The notes beneath the pieces were generated by a model that ran no database searches, was not told the DNA's origin, and saw only the letters and a list, made by a program, of their open reading frames with translations. Shown piece after piece: positions 25,307 to 33,980 of a DNA stretch of 64,000 nt (within the stretch, counting starts at the first letter, position 1; each line of letters begins with the position of its first letter). The stretch is from Acidobacteriota bacterium (GTDB taxonomy: Bacteria; Acidobacteriota; Thermoanaerobaculia; Multivoradales; J023), in contig JAJCXR010000055.1 in assembly GCA_029263315.1 (NCBI GenBank), forward strand, positions 124,195 to 188,194. Direction: 5' to 3'. Position numbers and translations under genes: made by a program.

Positions 25307-28300
25307 CTACTCCGCCAAGGCCCGCGTATCGATCTTGCGCAACGACGCCACCAAGTCACGCATCATGTCGAGGTTGCGCAGGGTGCGATCCAGGTAGTGG
25401 GTCATCTGCCGATCGCCCTTGGATTGCTGGCCCAAGGTCTTGACGACGGGCATCAGCTGGTCGTTGACGGCGTCGCTGAGGCGGCTCAGCAATTCGTGCA
25501 CGCCGGGGGTGAGGGACTGGACGACCTCCTTGCCCCGGGGGGCCTCGGCCAGGCGCTCCAGGGTGCTGCCGAGGCGTTCCAGGTAAGGGCTCAGGTCGGT
25601 GCCAGGCACCTGCGGCGGAGCGCTGGCGGGCACAGTGCCCGATGCTGGTGGGAGGTTTTGTGTCGCCTGGAGGACGCCCTTGGCGAGGTGCTCACCGAGC
25701 TCGCTGAAGGTGGCGTCGAGGCGTTCTAGGAGGGGCGACAGGTCGGGCGCGGGCGGGGGGGCCTTTGCCGGCTTGCCCTTGGACGGCGCAGCGGCCTTGG
25801 CCAGGGCTTCGAGACGGGCGATGAGGGTGTCGAGGCGGGGTGCCAGCAGGTCTCCGATGCCGGAGTCGCCGCTTTCCGGGGACGCCGAATCCTGCGACTG
25901 TGCTGCCAGGGCCTCGAGGTTACCCTGCAGCTTGTCGAGGAAGGGATCGACGAGGCCGGCGAGGCTTTGGAGTAGGGGGCCGTCGTCCCGCTGCGGGGCC
26001 TCCCGGGCTTTGTCGATACCGCGGCCGATTTCTCCGAGGCGATCGGAGACCAGCCCCAACTGACCCAGGAGACGAATGGCCGGGTCGTCGTCGGAGCCGC
26101 CCATGGCCTGGACGCGGGCGAAGCCGCGTTTGATCTCTTGCCAACGTTCCTCCTGCTCCGGCGTCAGGGTGCCGCGCAACTCCGCCAGCTTGAGCAGGTT
26201 GTGCTCGGCGCCGCTGGTCAAGGTTTGGGCCTCGCCGATGTAATGATCGTCGATCAGGGCTTCCAGCTCACGATCGTTCATCACCGCCACAACTTTTTCC
26301 GCCAGCTTGTTCATGTTGCGGTAGCTGCCCTGCAACTGGAAGCGGGGCTCGGTGCGATAGGCGTCGTCCTGGGCCGCCGACAGGATGTATTGCTGGTTGA
26401 TGGCCAACACCACCTCTTGGATGCGCAACAGCTTGCGCAGCACTGAGAGGATTTCTTCCAGCTCCATGGCGGAATAGCCGTGGCTCAGCTGGTCGGCCTG
26501 CAGCGCACCGTCGCGGGCCATCTCCACCAGCTTGAAGACATCGTCCGGGTCGCGGGTGGTGAGCGGCGCCAGGACGGCGTTGGAGGTCAGGCTGTTCTCG
26601 ATGTAGCTGAGGGCGAAGACGTCGTCCTTGCCTTCGAGAATGTCCCCCAGGTTGTATGTGTCGGCTCGGTTGGCCAGCATGTCGGGGATCTGGAATTTGT
26701 CACCGGACTCGGTGTAGGGATTGCCGGCCATGCAGATGGCGAAGCGTTTGCCCTTGAAATCGTAGGTGCGGGTGCGGCCGTTCCACACCCCTTCGATGCG
26801 CCGTTGGGCGTCGCAAAGAGAGATGAATTTTTGCAGCAGCTCGGGATGGGTGTGCTGGATGTCGTCGAGGTACAGCAACACATTGTTACCCATCTCCAGG
26901 GCGAAATTGATCTTCTCGACCTCCTGCCGTGCCGTGGCGTTGGGAGCGTCTAGGGGGTCGATGGAGGTGACGGCGTGGCCGAGGGCGGGCCCATTGACCT
27001 TGACGAAGACCAACCCCAGACGGTTGGCGATGTACTCCATCAGGGTGGTTTTGCCATAGCCCGGGGGCGAAATGAGCAGCAAGAGCCCCATCTGATCGGT
27101 GCGTTTGTCGTCGCCGAGGGCGCCCATCTGCTTGGCCAAGTTGTCGCCGATGATCGGCAGGTAGACCTCGTTGATCAGGCGGTTACGGACGAACGAGCTC
27201 ATCACTTGGGGTTTGTATTCACCGAGCCGCAAGGCATGTCGCTGTTGCTCCAGGAGTCGATGCCTGAGGGCCTGGAAACGGCGGAAACCGGGCACTCGAT
27301 GCTGGCGGAAGTGGGCCAGGCGGCTGAGCAGCTCGTCGAGGCGCAAGCTCAGGGTGCGCTGCTCGATCCGAGGATGCTGGCCCAACAATCCGCTGACCTC
27401 GGCTTTGGCCAGGGCTTCGCTGGCCGACCTCTCGATACGGTCGCGGCTGATCAGCTGGACGACGGCCTCATTCTCTGCCGGTGCCAGCTGCATCAGCTCC
27501 TTGGCCCGCTGGCTCACATCGTCGTCGGAGGCTGCGCCCGCGGAGGCGAGGAAACCGCCCAGCCAAGCCTTGGCCAGGTGAAAGCGCTGGCCGAGATGCC
27601 CTTCCAGCTCCTGCAAATCCCGCTGCAATTCACCTGCGCTGCGACTGTTCTTCAGGTGTTCGGAGAACAGCTCGAGCAGCTTGTTGGCTTCGGCGCTGAT
27701 CACCAAACGCACCGGGTCTTGGCACAGCTCTTCGAAGAGATAACCCCCCGCCATGTGGGCGTCCTCCGGTGTCAGCTCGATGCTGTGCTGACGGTGGAAG
27801 GCGGCGATGCCCTCGCTGAGCTCTGCGGCCAAGGTGACGATGGCCGGGCTGTGGGCGAAGGCGGTCCGCAGGCGTGCCAGGCTGACGGCGCGACGGTGCC
27901 AGGTGGCACGCTGCGTCGCCTCGTCGAAGAAGGCCCAGTAGAGGACAGCGGCGGCCCTGGCCCGGGGTGTGAAGCGCAGCAGGCCCGCATTGGAGTAGAG
28001 CGCTATCAGCTGTTGCAGGATGAGCACCGTGTCGGCGTCGTGTAGTCCCCGCTCGTAGCCTTCGTCATAGCGCTCGGCGCTGTAGGTGCGCACCAAGCCG
28101 AGGAGGGCCCCGGGCTCTTCCGCCGCTTGCTGCAGGGCCGTCAAGCTGAGCCCTGCCCGCTCTTCCTCGGCATCGAAGAGGATCGAGGCGGCGAGATACT
28201 CCCCCCGGTAGACCTGCGCCGTTTCGGAGACCAAATGCTGGTCCCAGTAGTCGCGGGTGGCAGCAAAGGCCTCGTCGTTCACCGGCTGATAGAAATCGGT

Positions 28301-30970
28301 GCCGGTGAGGTGATAGGCCATGGTCGTCTGCCCCTCGTCGTCGGCCCTGGGTACCAAAGTGAGGGCGACGGGCTGGGTGTTGACGCTGAAGCGGTGACGG
28401 CCGAATTTGATGACGTTGCTGCCGTCCTCGAAGATATCTTGCCGGTCGCGCAGGGCACGGGCGGCCTCTTCTTTCGTCGCCTTGAGGCGCGAGTCCAGCT
28501 CGTCGGCGCGGACGTTTTCTTTGATTTCCCGCAGCTCTGAGGCCAGGTCCCGCACCTTGGCCACCATGGCGTCGCCGACGAAATAGGTATTGAGATCGTC
28601 GGCCGACTCGAGGGCCGAGGCTCGGCGGGTGATGCCCTCGAGGATGCGTTGCGCCGCCTGCACCATGCGACCGGCCCGTCGCTGCCGGGCGTCGAGCAAG
28701 GATTGCTTGCGGGAGCTGAAAGCCTCGTAGACGTCCTCTCGCTTGGTGGCCAGTTGCTCGATGAACTGGTCGAGCTCGCCGAAGCGGCTTTCCAGCTCTT
28801 CCAGCTGCAGCATCAGCTTGGAGAGTTGCTCGTCGCATTTCTCCGGCGTATCGGCCATCGCCAAGGCGCCGCTCACCGCCTGGCTGAAAAGCTTGAACTG
28901 GGCGCCAAACTCGGCCACCCCTTCGGCCGACATCAGCTCCTTGCGCCGCGCCTCGAGCAGGGCGCGGCCGCGGTTGAGGTTGCCTAAAACCTCGGAAATG
29001 TCTTCCAAGATGGCGGTGCGAACCGTGGCGTCGTCGATGTCGAGACCACCCAAGACGTCGTTGAGCAGCTCGAGGCTGGTGGCCACGTGGTCGAGCCCGT
29101 CGCGGATGGGGACGGTCTCGGCGACCTTGGCGACCTCATCCACCGAGGCCACCAGCCCTTCGATCTTCTGGTGGTACGGCGCCAGGGCGGTGTCGCCTTC
29201 GAGAAAGGCCACCATTTGATCACTGAGCTCGGAAAAGCGCTCGACGAGGCGCTGCTCTAGGGCATCGACCCGCTCTTGATCGACGTAGCGCAACTCCCGC
29301 ACGGTGAGCAGGTGGCCCCGTTGGTGGCGCAACTCGGCGAGGGCATCGACGAAGTGGTCGACGGCGTCGCGGGACTGTCGCCGCAGGGTTTCGAAAAGCT
29401 CTTCCAGGGTGCCCTCGGCGGCGTCGGTGGCTTCCTGGGCGCGACGCTGAATGGCTTGGACCTTGGCGAATTCGTCGACGATGAGCTCGGCGGTGCCGTA
29501 GATCTCCTGCAGCTCGTCGGCCAAGTTGCCGACTTCGTCGCGATTCAACCAGTAGTAGGTGTCCTGGGCTCGCACCACACTGGCGATCAGATCCTCGTAG
29601 GTCTGCGTCGTCGGCTCTTGATCTTCGATGGTGCGGCAAATGGAGAGGGCGTCCGAGATGCCGCGCACCAGATCGGCATTGCCCACCTTCTCCAGAAAGG
29701 TCCCCTGGGACGGCGCCTGGGCGGCGTGCACGTCGCTCATGTAGGGGGTCTGCCAGACCTGCATCGGGTGGACCCGCGTCGGCTCGCTGGAGACGGCGCG
29801 GAAGATCACCAGGCGGCCGTCGTCGAAGAGGCTGAAGCCATTGCAGTAGATGGGGTTCTCCACCTGCTTGCGGATCATGTTGTACGACAACAGGATGCTC
29901 TGGCCGCTGTCGCGCTCGTGGAAGACGTAGAGCACATCTTCGCCATTGGGAGAGCGCACTGACTTGAGGAATTCCATCTGCTCGATGTTGCCCTCAAAGG
30001 TCTTGGTCTCACCGTTCTGCAGGTAGTAGCCGCCGGGAAAGATCAGGCCGTGGTCCTCTGGCAGCAGCAGACAGGCTTGGCCGATGGCGTCGATGCGATG
30101 CACCTTCTGGTTGCGGGTATTGAAGATCAGATAACGCCAGATGGTCTCGTTGTAGGGCAGGATCTTGAGCAGGATCAGGCTGCCCACCTTGGCGTAGTGG
30201 ACCTGCGCGTCATCGAGGCTCTGCTGCGCTTCGTCGACATCTTCGCTGTAGATGCCGAGGCCGTCCTCGGTGTTGTCCTCCACCTTGACGGTGAGGTCAC
30301 CGCCTACCGTTTCGACGAAGACTTCGTCGAGGATGTTGACGTGGGGATGCCGTCCGTGCACGTGATGCTGGCGGCCGGTCTCCTGCCACTCGAAGTCGTG
30401 GGAGGGCGGAAAGACATGGTCCCGCTCGCCGCGATTGTCGATGTAGGTAACCCGGCCCTGCGGGTCCACCGCCCAGCGGAAGACTTTGAAATCCGTCAGG
30501 TTGGCGCCGGTGCGGAAGACCGCCAGCAGCTTGCCTTCGGTGCGTCGGAGCTGCATCAGGCGAGCGTCTTTGTAGTACTTGTAGAGCTCTTGGAAGTCCC
30601 GCAGCAAGGTACGGTCGTTGAGGAAGTACTGCCGTGCGTCCGTGGCCACCGGCTCGAAAGAGAAGGTGTCGTCCTTCTCGACGAAACGGTGCAGGCTGAG
30701 CACGTCCTCCATGTGGGTCTCGGTCTTGAGCCCCAGAAAGACGTTGTAGCCGAAGAGCAAGAGCTCACCGACGGCTCGGATGTCCCGCGGCACACAGTTG
30801 TGCTCGGTGCGGATGCGCTCGTTGCCGATCAACGCCATCTCGGTGCCGCCGAAGAGCTCCAGGCGCTCGCCGTTGAGGCTGTTGGCCTTCTTGGCGAGCT
30901 TCTTGGAATGCTCCCCTAGGCGGCCCCGGAGAATCTCGTAGGTGCCGCGTTCGATGGTGTCGCTGCTCAT
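25307..30970 (-). CDS. Giant (1887 aa) multidomain protein with a single dynein/MoxR-type (AAA_5-like) AAA+ module in its C-terminal third
   Basis: Walker A LLLISPPGYGKTTLMEYI (about nt 27045-27080), Walker B NVLLYLDDIQ, sensor FAICMAGNP. The N-terminal ~430 aa are beta-rich (possibly a propeller). About 850 aa of helical/coiled-coil follow before the AAA+ domain; the C-terminal ~350 aa are helical with a Pro/Ala-rich linker. The stop lies 5 bp after the start of the upstream flotillin gene. Confidence 0.8.
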   Translation of the reverse strand: MSSDTIERGTYEILRGRLGEHSKKLAKKANSLNGERLELFGGTEMALIGNERIRTEHNCVPRDIRAVGELLLFGYNVFLGLKTETHMEDVLSLHRFVEKDDTFSFEPVATDARQYFLNDRTLLRDFQELYKYYKDARLMQLRRTEGKLLAVFRTGANLTDFKVFRWAVDPQGRVTYIDNRGERDHVFPPSHDFEWQETGRQHHVHGRHPHVNILDEVFVETVGGDLTVKVEDNTEDGLGIYSEDVDEAQQSLDDAQVHYAKVGSLILLKILPYNETIWRYLIFNTRNQKVHRIDAIGQACLLLPEDHGLIFPGGYYLQNGETKTFEGNIEQMEFLKSVRSPNGEDVLYVFHERDSGQSILLSYNMIRKQVENPIYCNGFSLFDDGRLVIFRAVSSEPTRVHPMQVWQTPYMSDVHAAQAPSQGTFLEKVGNADLVRGISDALSICRTIEDQEPTTQTYEDLIASVVRAQDTYYWLNRDEVGNLADELQEIYGTAELIVDEFAKVQAIQRRAQEATDAAEGTLEELFETLRRQSRDAVDHFVDALAELRHQRGHLLTVRELRYVDQERVDALEQRLVERFSELSDQMVAFLEGDTALAPYHQKIEGLVASVDEVAKVAETVPIRDGLDHVATSLELLNDVLGGLDIDDATVRTAILEDISEVLGNLNRGRALLEARRKELMSAEGVAEFGAQFKLFSQAVSGALAMADTPEKCDEQLSKLMLQLEELESRFGELDQFIEQLATKREDVYEAFSSRKQSLLDARQRRAGRMVQAAQRILEGITRRASALESADDLNTYFVGDAMVAKVRDLASELREIKENVRADELDSRLKATKEEAARALRDRQDIFEDGSNVIKFGRHRFSVNTQPVALTLVPRADDEGQTTMAYHLTGTDFYQPVNDEAFAATRDYWDQHLVSETAQVYRGEYLAASILFDAEEERAGLSLTALQQAAEEPGALLGLVRTYSAERYDEGYERGLHDADTVLILQQLIALYSNAGLLRFTPRARAAAVLYWAFFDEATQRATWHRRAVSLARLRTAFAHSPAIVTLAAELSEGIAAFHRQHSIELTPEDAHMAGGYLFEELCQDPVRLVISAEANKLLELFSEHLKNSRSAGELQRDLQELEGHLGQRFHLAKAWLGGFLASAGAASDDDVSQRAKELMQLAPAENEAVVQLISRDRIERSASEALAKAEVSGLLGQHPRIEQRTLSLRLDELLSRLAHFRQHRVPGFRRFQALRHRLLEQQRHALRLGEYKPQVMSSFVRNRLINEVYLPIIGDNLAKQMGALGDDKRTDQMGLLLLISPPGYGKTTLMEYIANRLGLVFVKVNGPALGHAVTSIDPLDAPNATARQEVEKINFALEMGNNVLLYLDDIQHTHPELLQKFISLCDAQRRIEGVWNGRTRTYDFKGKRFAICMAGNPYTESGDKFQIPDMLANRADTYNLGDILEGKDDVFALSYIENSLTSNAVLAPLTTRDPDDVFKLVEMARDGALQADQLSHGYSAMELEEILSVLRKLLRIQEVVLAINQQYILSAAQDDAYRTEPRFQLQGSYRNMNKLAEKVVAVMNDRELEALIDDHYIGEAQTLTSGAEHNLLKLAELRGTLTPEQEERWQEIKRGFARVQAMGGSDDDPAIRLLGQLGLVSDRLGEIGRGIDKAREAPQRDDGPLLQSLAGLVDPFLDKLQGNLEALAAQSQDSASPESGDSGIGDLLAPRLDTLIARLEALAKAAAPSKGKPAKAPPPAPDLSPLLERLDATFSELGEHLAKGVLQATQNLPPASGTVPASAPPQVPGTDLSPYLERLGSTLERLAEAPRGKEVVQSLTPGVHELLSRLSDAVNDQLMPVVKTLGQQSKGDRQMTHYLDRTLRNLDMMRDLVASLRKIDTRALAE

Positions 30971-30974
30971 CGCC

Positions 30975-33026
30975 TCAGGACTTGAAGAGGGCCGAGAGCT
31001 TTACATCTTCGACGCCCATGCGCTCGACCACTTCCGACAGCTGCTCGAGCTTGACCTGTTTGTCGCCTTCGGACTTGCTCGCCAATTGGGAGAGGAAGGC
31101 GGCCAGGGTGAGATTGCGCACATCGGCGCTGGAGGTGGCGGGACGGGTGAGCACGTCCTTGAGGTCGGCGGCAAAGCTGGAATCGCCGCTGAGGTAGTCG
31201 CCGAGCAGCTTCTGGCCGGTTTCGCTGCGATCGATGAAACCATCGATGGATTTGCTCATGCCGATGCTGTTGACCAGGCGATCGAAGAACATGCTGTCGC
31301 CGCCGACGATGTCGATCTTGGCGTTCTGCAGGCCCGTCGACAGCACACCGGCTTGCACCTCTGCCACTTTGCGGTGGGCGTCCACTTGTGCCAGGGCGAC
31401 ATCCTTCTCCATGGCCAGGCGCAAGCGAAATTCCTCGTGCTCCTGGCTGGCTTCGTCGAGGGCCTTCATGGCGTTGGCTTTCTCGGTCAGGCCCTCGGCT
31501 TCGCCCTTGAGCTTTTCGCGGATGGCTTCGGCTTCCGCCAAACCCATTTCCTTGAGCACCTTGGCTTCGATGAGCTGCATGCGCTCCTCGGCATCGACAT
31601 CCGCTTGTTTGACTTCCACCTCCGCCAGTCCGACCTTCTTGGTGGCGTCGGCATTGGCTTCTTTGACCCGCACTTGGGCCAAGCCGACCTTCTCGATGGC
31701 CTCGGCGTCGGCCTCTTTGACTTGGACCTCGGCCAAACCCCTGGCGGCGGTCTCCGCCTGCACACCTTCGGCCATTCGCATCTTGGCTTTGGCTTCCTTG
31801 TCGCTGGCTTCGAGGTGGGCTTCGGCGAGGATCAGCTGTTCGCGGCCCTTGTGCTTGGCGGCGGCTTCGGCGGCTTCGGCGGCCTTGATGTCCTTGACCA
31901 ACTGTTCTTCGGCGTGGGCTTCGGCGCCGATGATGGTCGCTTCTTTGGTCCGGTTGGCCTCTTCGACGAGGCGCAGCCGCTTGATGGCCTCCTCCTCCTC
32001 CGCCACCGTCTTCTCCACCGAGATGCGCTCGCGGATAACGCTGGCGATGTCCCGTTTCTGGACTTCCACTTCCTTGTCCTTGGCGATGGTCTGGAGCTCG
32101 GTCTCCCGTTCCCGGGAGATGACCTCGATCAGGCGTTCCTTTTCGACCCGCTCGGTCTCCACGGCCACCACCCGCTCGCGGTTCTTTTGGGCCACCTCCA
32201 CTTGACGCTTGAGGTTCTCCTCCTGGACGGCGATGTCCTCATCGGCCTTGATGCGCGCCGTCTCGAACTTGAGCCGTTCCTCGGCCTCGATTTTTTGTGT
32301 TTCCGCCTGCTCCCGGGCCCGGACCGACAGGATCTCCCGCTGCTGTTTGGCCTCGGCGTCGGATTTCTGACGCTCGAGCTCGAAGATGGCCTCCGCCGCT
32401 TCGACATCCTGCTTGGTGATCTGCTTCTTCTCGGTGTTCTGGAACTCGTTGGTGCGCACGTGCTCGATGGCCGTCAGCTCAGTGATCTTGCGGATACCCT
32501 GGGCATCGAGGATATTGTGCTCGTCGAGCTTTGAAATTGGCGTCTGCTCGAGGTAGTCGATGGCGCAGTCTTCGAGGGAATAGCCGTTGAGATCCTGGCC
32601 AATGACCTCGATGATCTCATCGCGAAACTCTTTCCGCTGGGTGTAGAGATCGACGAAATCCAGCTTCTTGCCCGCGGTTTTCAAAGCTTCCGAGAATTTG
32701 GCGGCGAAGAGGTGCTCCAGCGTTTTCTGATCCGAAGCGCGGGCGCAGCCGATGATCTGTGCCACCTTGATGACGTCTTCGGCGGTTTTGTTGACCCGCA
32801 CGAAGAAGGTCACTTTGATGTCGGCGCGGATGTTGTCGCGACAGATCAAGCCATCAGAGCCGCTGCGATCGATCTCGATGGTCTTGACCGAGATGTCCAT
32901 GAGCTCGGCTTTGTTGATCACCGGGACAACCAGGCCGCCGGTGAAGCTGACCGTCACCGTGCCCCTGACCACGTTGCTCAGAACCAATGCTTTGCCTTGT
33001 TCTACCTTGAGAATGCCGAATGCCAT
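30975..33026 (-). CDS. SPFH/band-7 flotillin-like protein (YqiK-like) with a long Glu/Ala-rich coiled-coil tail
   Basis: N-terminal membrane hairpin + SPFH domain (MAFGILKVEQGKALVLSNVVRGTV...). Extended EA-rich repeats (GLAEVQVKEADAEAIEKV / GLAQVRVKEANADATKKV / GLAEVEVKQADVDAEERM). Confidence 0.85.
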   Translation of the reverse strand: MAFGILKVEQGKALVLSNVVRGTVTVSFTGGLVVPVINKAELMDISVKTIEIDRSGSDGLICRDNIRADIKVTFFVRVNKTAEDVIKVAQIIGCARASDQKTLEHLFAAKFSEALKTAGKKLDFVDLYTQRKEFRDEIIEVIGQDLNGYSLEDCAIDYLEQTPISKLDEHNILDAQGIRKITELTAIEHVRTNEFQNTEKKQITKQDVEAAEAIFELERQKSDAEAKQQREILSVRAREQAETQKIEAEERLKFETARIKADEDIAVQEENLKRQVEVAQKNRERVVAVETERVEKERLIEVISRERETELQTIAKDKEVEVQKRDIASVIRERISVEKTVAEEEEAIKRLRLVEEANRTKEATIIGAEAHAEEQLVKDIKAAEAAEAAAKHKGREQLILAEAHLEASDKEAKAKMRMAEGVQAETAARGLAEVQVKEADAEAIEKVGLAQVRVKEANADATKKVGLAEVEVKQADVDAEERMQLIEAKVLKEMGLAEAEAIREKLKGEAEGLTEKANAMKALDEASQEHEEFRLRLAMEKDVALAQVDAHRKVAEVQAGVLSTGLQNAKIDIVGGDSMFFDRLVNSIGMSKSIDGFIDRSETGQKLLGDYLSGDSSFAADLKDVLTRPATSSADVRNLTLAAFLSQLASKSEGDKQVKLEQLSEVVERMGVEDVKLSALFKS

Positions 33027-33052
33027 GGAATCAATACCTCCAGAAAAAGGGC

Positions 33053-33817
33053 TCAGAGATCGCGGACGAGCGGCGACGGCGCGGCCGTCTCGACATCGGC
33101 GCGCGGTTGAGCGACGAAAAAAACTTGGGTCTGAGGGTCGTAGTCGAAGATCAATGCCTTGTCGCCGCGACGCAAGGTGTTGGCGTCTCGACTGCGGGCT
33201 TGGATGAGAATCGTCGAGGCGTCATTGTCCACCACTTCGGCCTGGCCGAAGGTTCCGTCGACCCTCAGCGTGGTGACGGTGCAGACCTTGCCCACCAGGT
33301 CGGAATGCTGGGTCACCGGCGGTAGGGCGAAGACCTTTTTCAGCGGACGCAGGCTGATCGAGGTGGCCACCAAGGAAGCTCCGACGGAGCCGACTCCCAC
33401 AGCCCAAGGCACCAAGGCCACCATCGAGGCTGCCAGATCGAGGTGGGAAATCCACGACGATCCGAAGTAGGACCCCAGCCAGCCGAAGACCGTGAAGGTG
33501 GTGAGGATGATGATGCTCGGCACCCCTCCCAGACCGAGGCAACCATCGTGGTCGCCCATGCCATCGGCCCCTTCGGCCAAACCCTCGGCGGCGCCCTCCG
33601 CGGCCCCTTCGATCATGCCTTCGGCGGCCCCGCCGATGGAGTCCGTCGCGCCACCCAAGGACTCGGCGGCTCCGCCGACGGAATCAAAGACGCCGTCCAG
33701 GATCTCTAGATCCAGAATGCCGAAAAGAAACGTCAGCCAGTAGAAAGCCACCAGGATCAGCAGCCCGCTGAAAATGGCGGTGGGTAGCGAGAAGGCGGCT
33801 TCGAGGAACGCGCTCAT
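33053..33817 (-). CDS. NfeD-like membrane protein (YqiJ-like) with C-terminal OB-fold
   Basis: N-terminal TM helices, a Gly/Ala-rich middle, and a C-terminal NfeD OB-fold-like segment GKVCTVTTLRVDGTFGQAEVVDNDASTILIQARSRD..LRRGDKALIFDYD. Sits 26 bp upstream of the flotillin gene, which is the classic yqiJ-yqiK arrangement. Confidence 0.65.
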   Translation of the reverse strand: MSAFLEAAFSLPTAIFSGLLILVAFYWLTFLFGILDLEILDGVFDSVGGAAESLGGATDSIGGAAEGMIEGAAEGAAEGLAEGADGMGDHDGCLGLGGVPSIIILTTFTVFGWLGSYFGSSWISHLDLAASMVALVPWAVGVGSVGASLVATSISLRPLKKVFALPPVTQHSDLVGKVCTVTTLRVDGTFGQAEVVDNDASTILIQARSRDANTLRRGDKALIFDYDPQTQVFFVAQPRADVETAAPSPLVRDL

Positions 33818-33980
33818 GGTTTGTGGCTCACAGGAAAGAGGTTGTCGGTCACAACCCTCTTTACGGTAGGCGAGGACGCTCTATTCGTCACCATCTCCTC
33901 GATTGTGTGAGCGGGTTCTCAGTCCCTCGGCCCGCCGAAGCAGCCCATAGGTCGAAGCTTCATCACCCCAGCGCCCAGCC

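Noticed and set aside
25599-30919. Plus-strand ORFs of 100-356 aa antisense to the giant AAA+ gene (e.g. 26975-28045, 30050-30919)
   Set aside because: Antisense to a continuous 5.6-kb frame with clear AAA+ motifs. Compositionally biased (Gly/Ala/Leu/Asp runs). No start context.
31234-32205. 323-aa Ser/Ala-rich plus-strand ORF inside the flotillin gene
   Set aside because: Antisense reading of the GAG/GCC-rich coiled-coil repeats. Low-complexity only.
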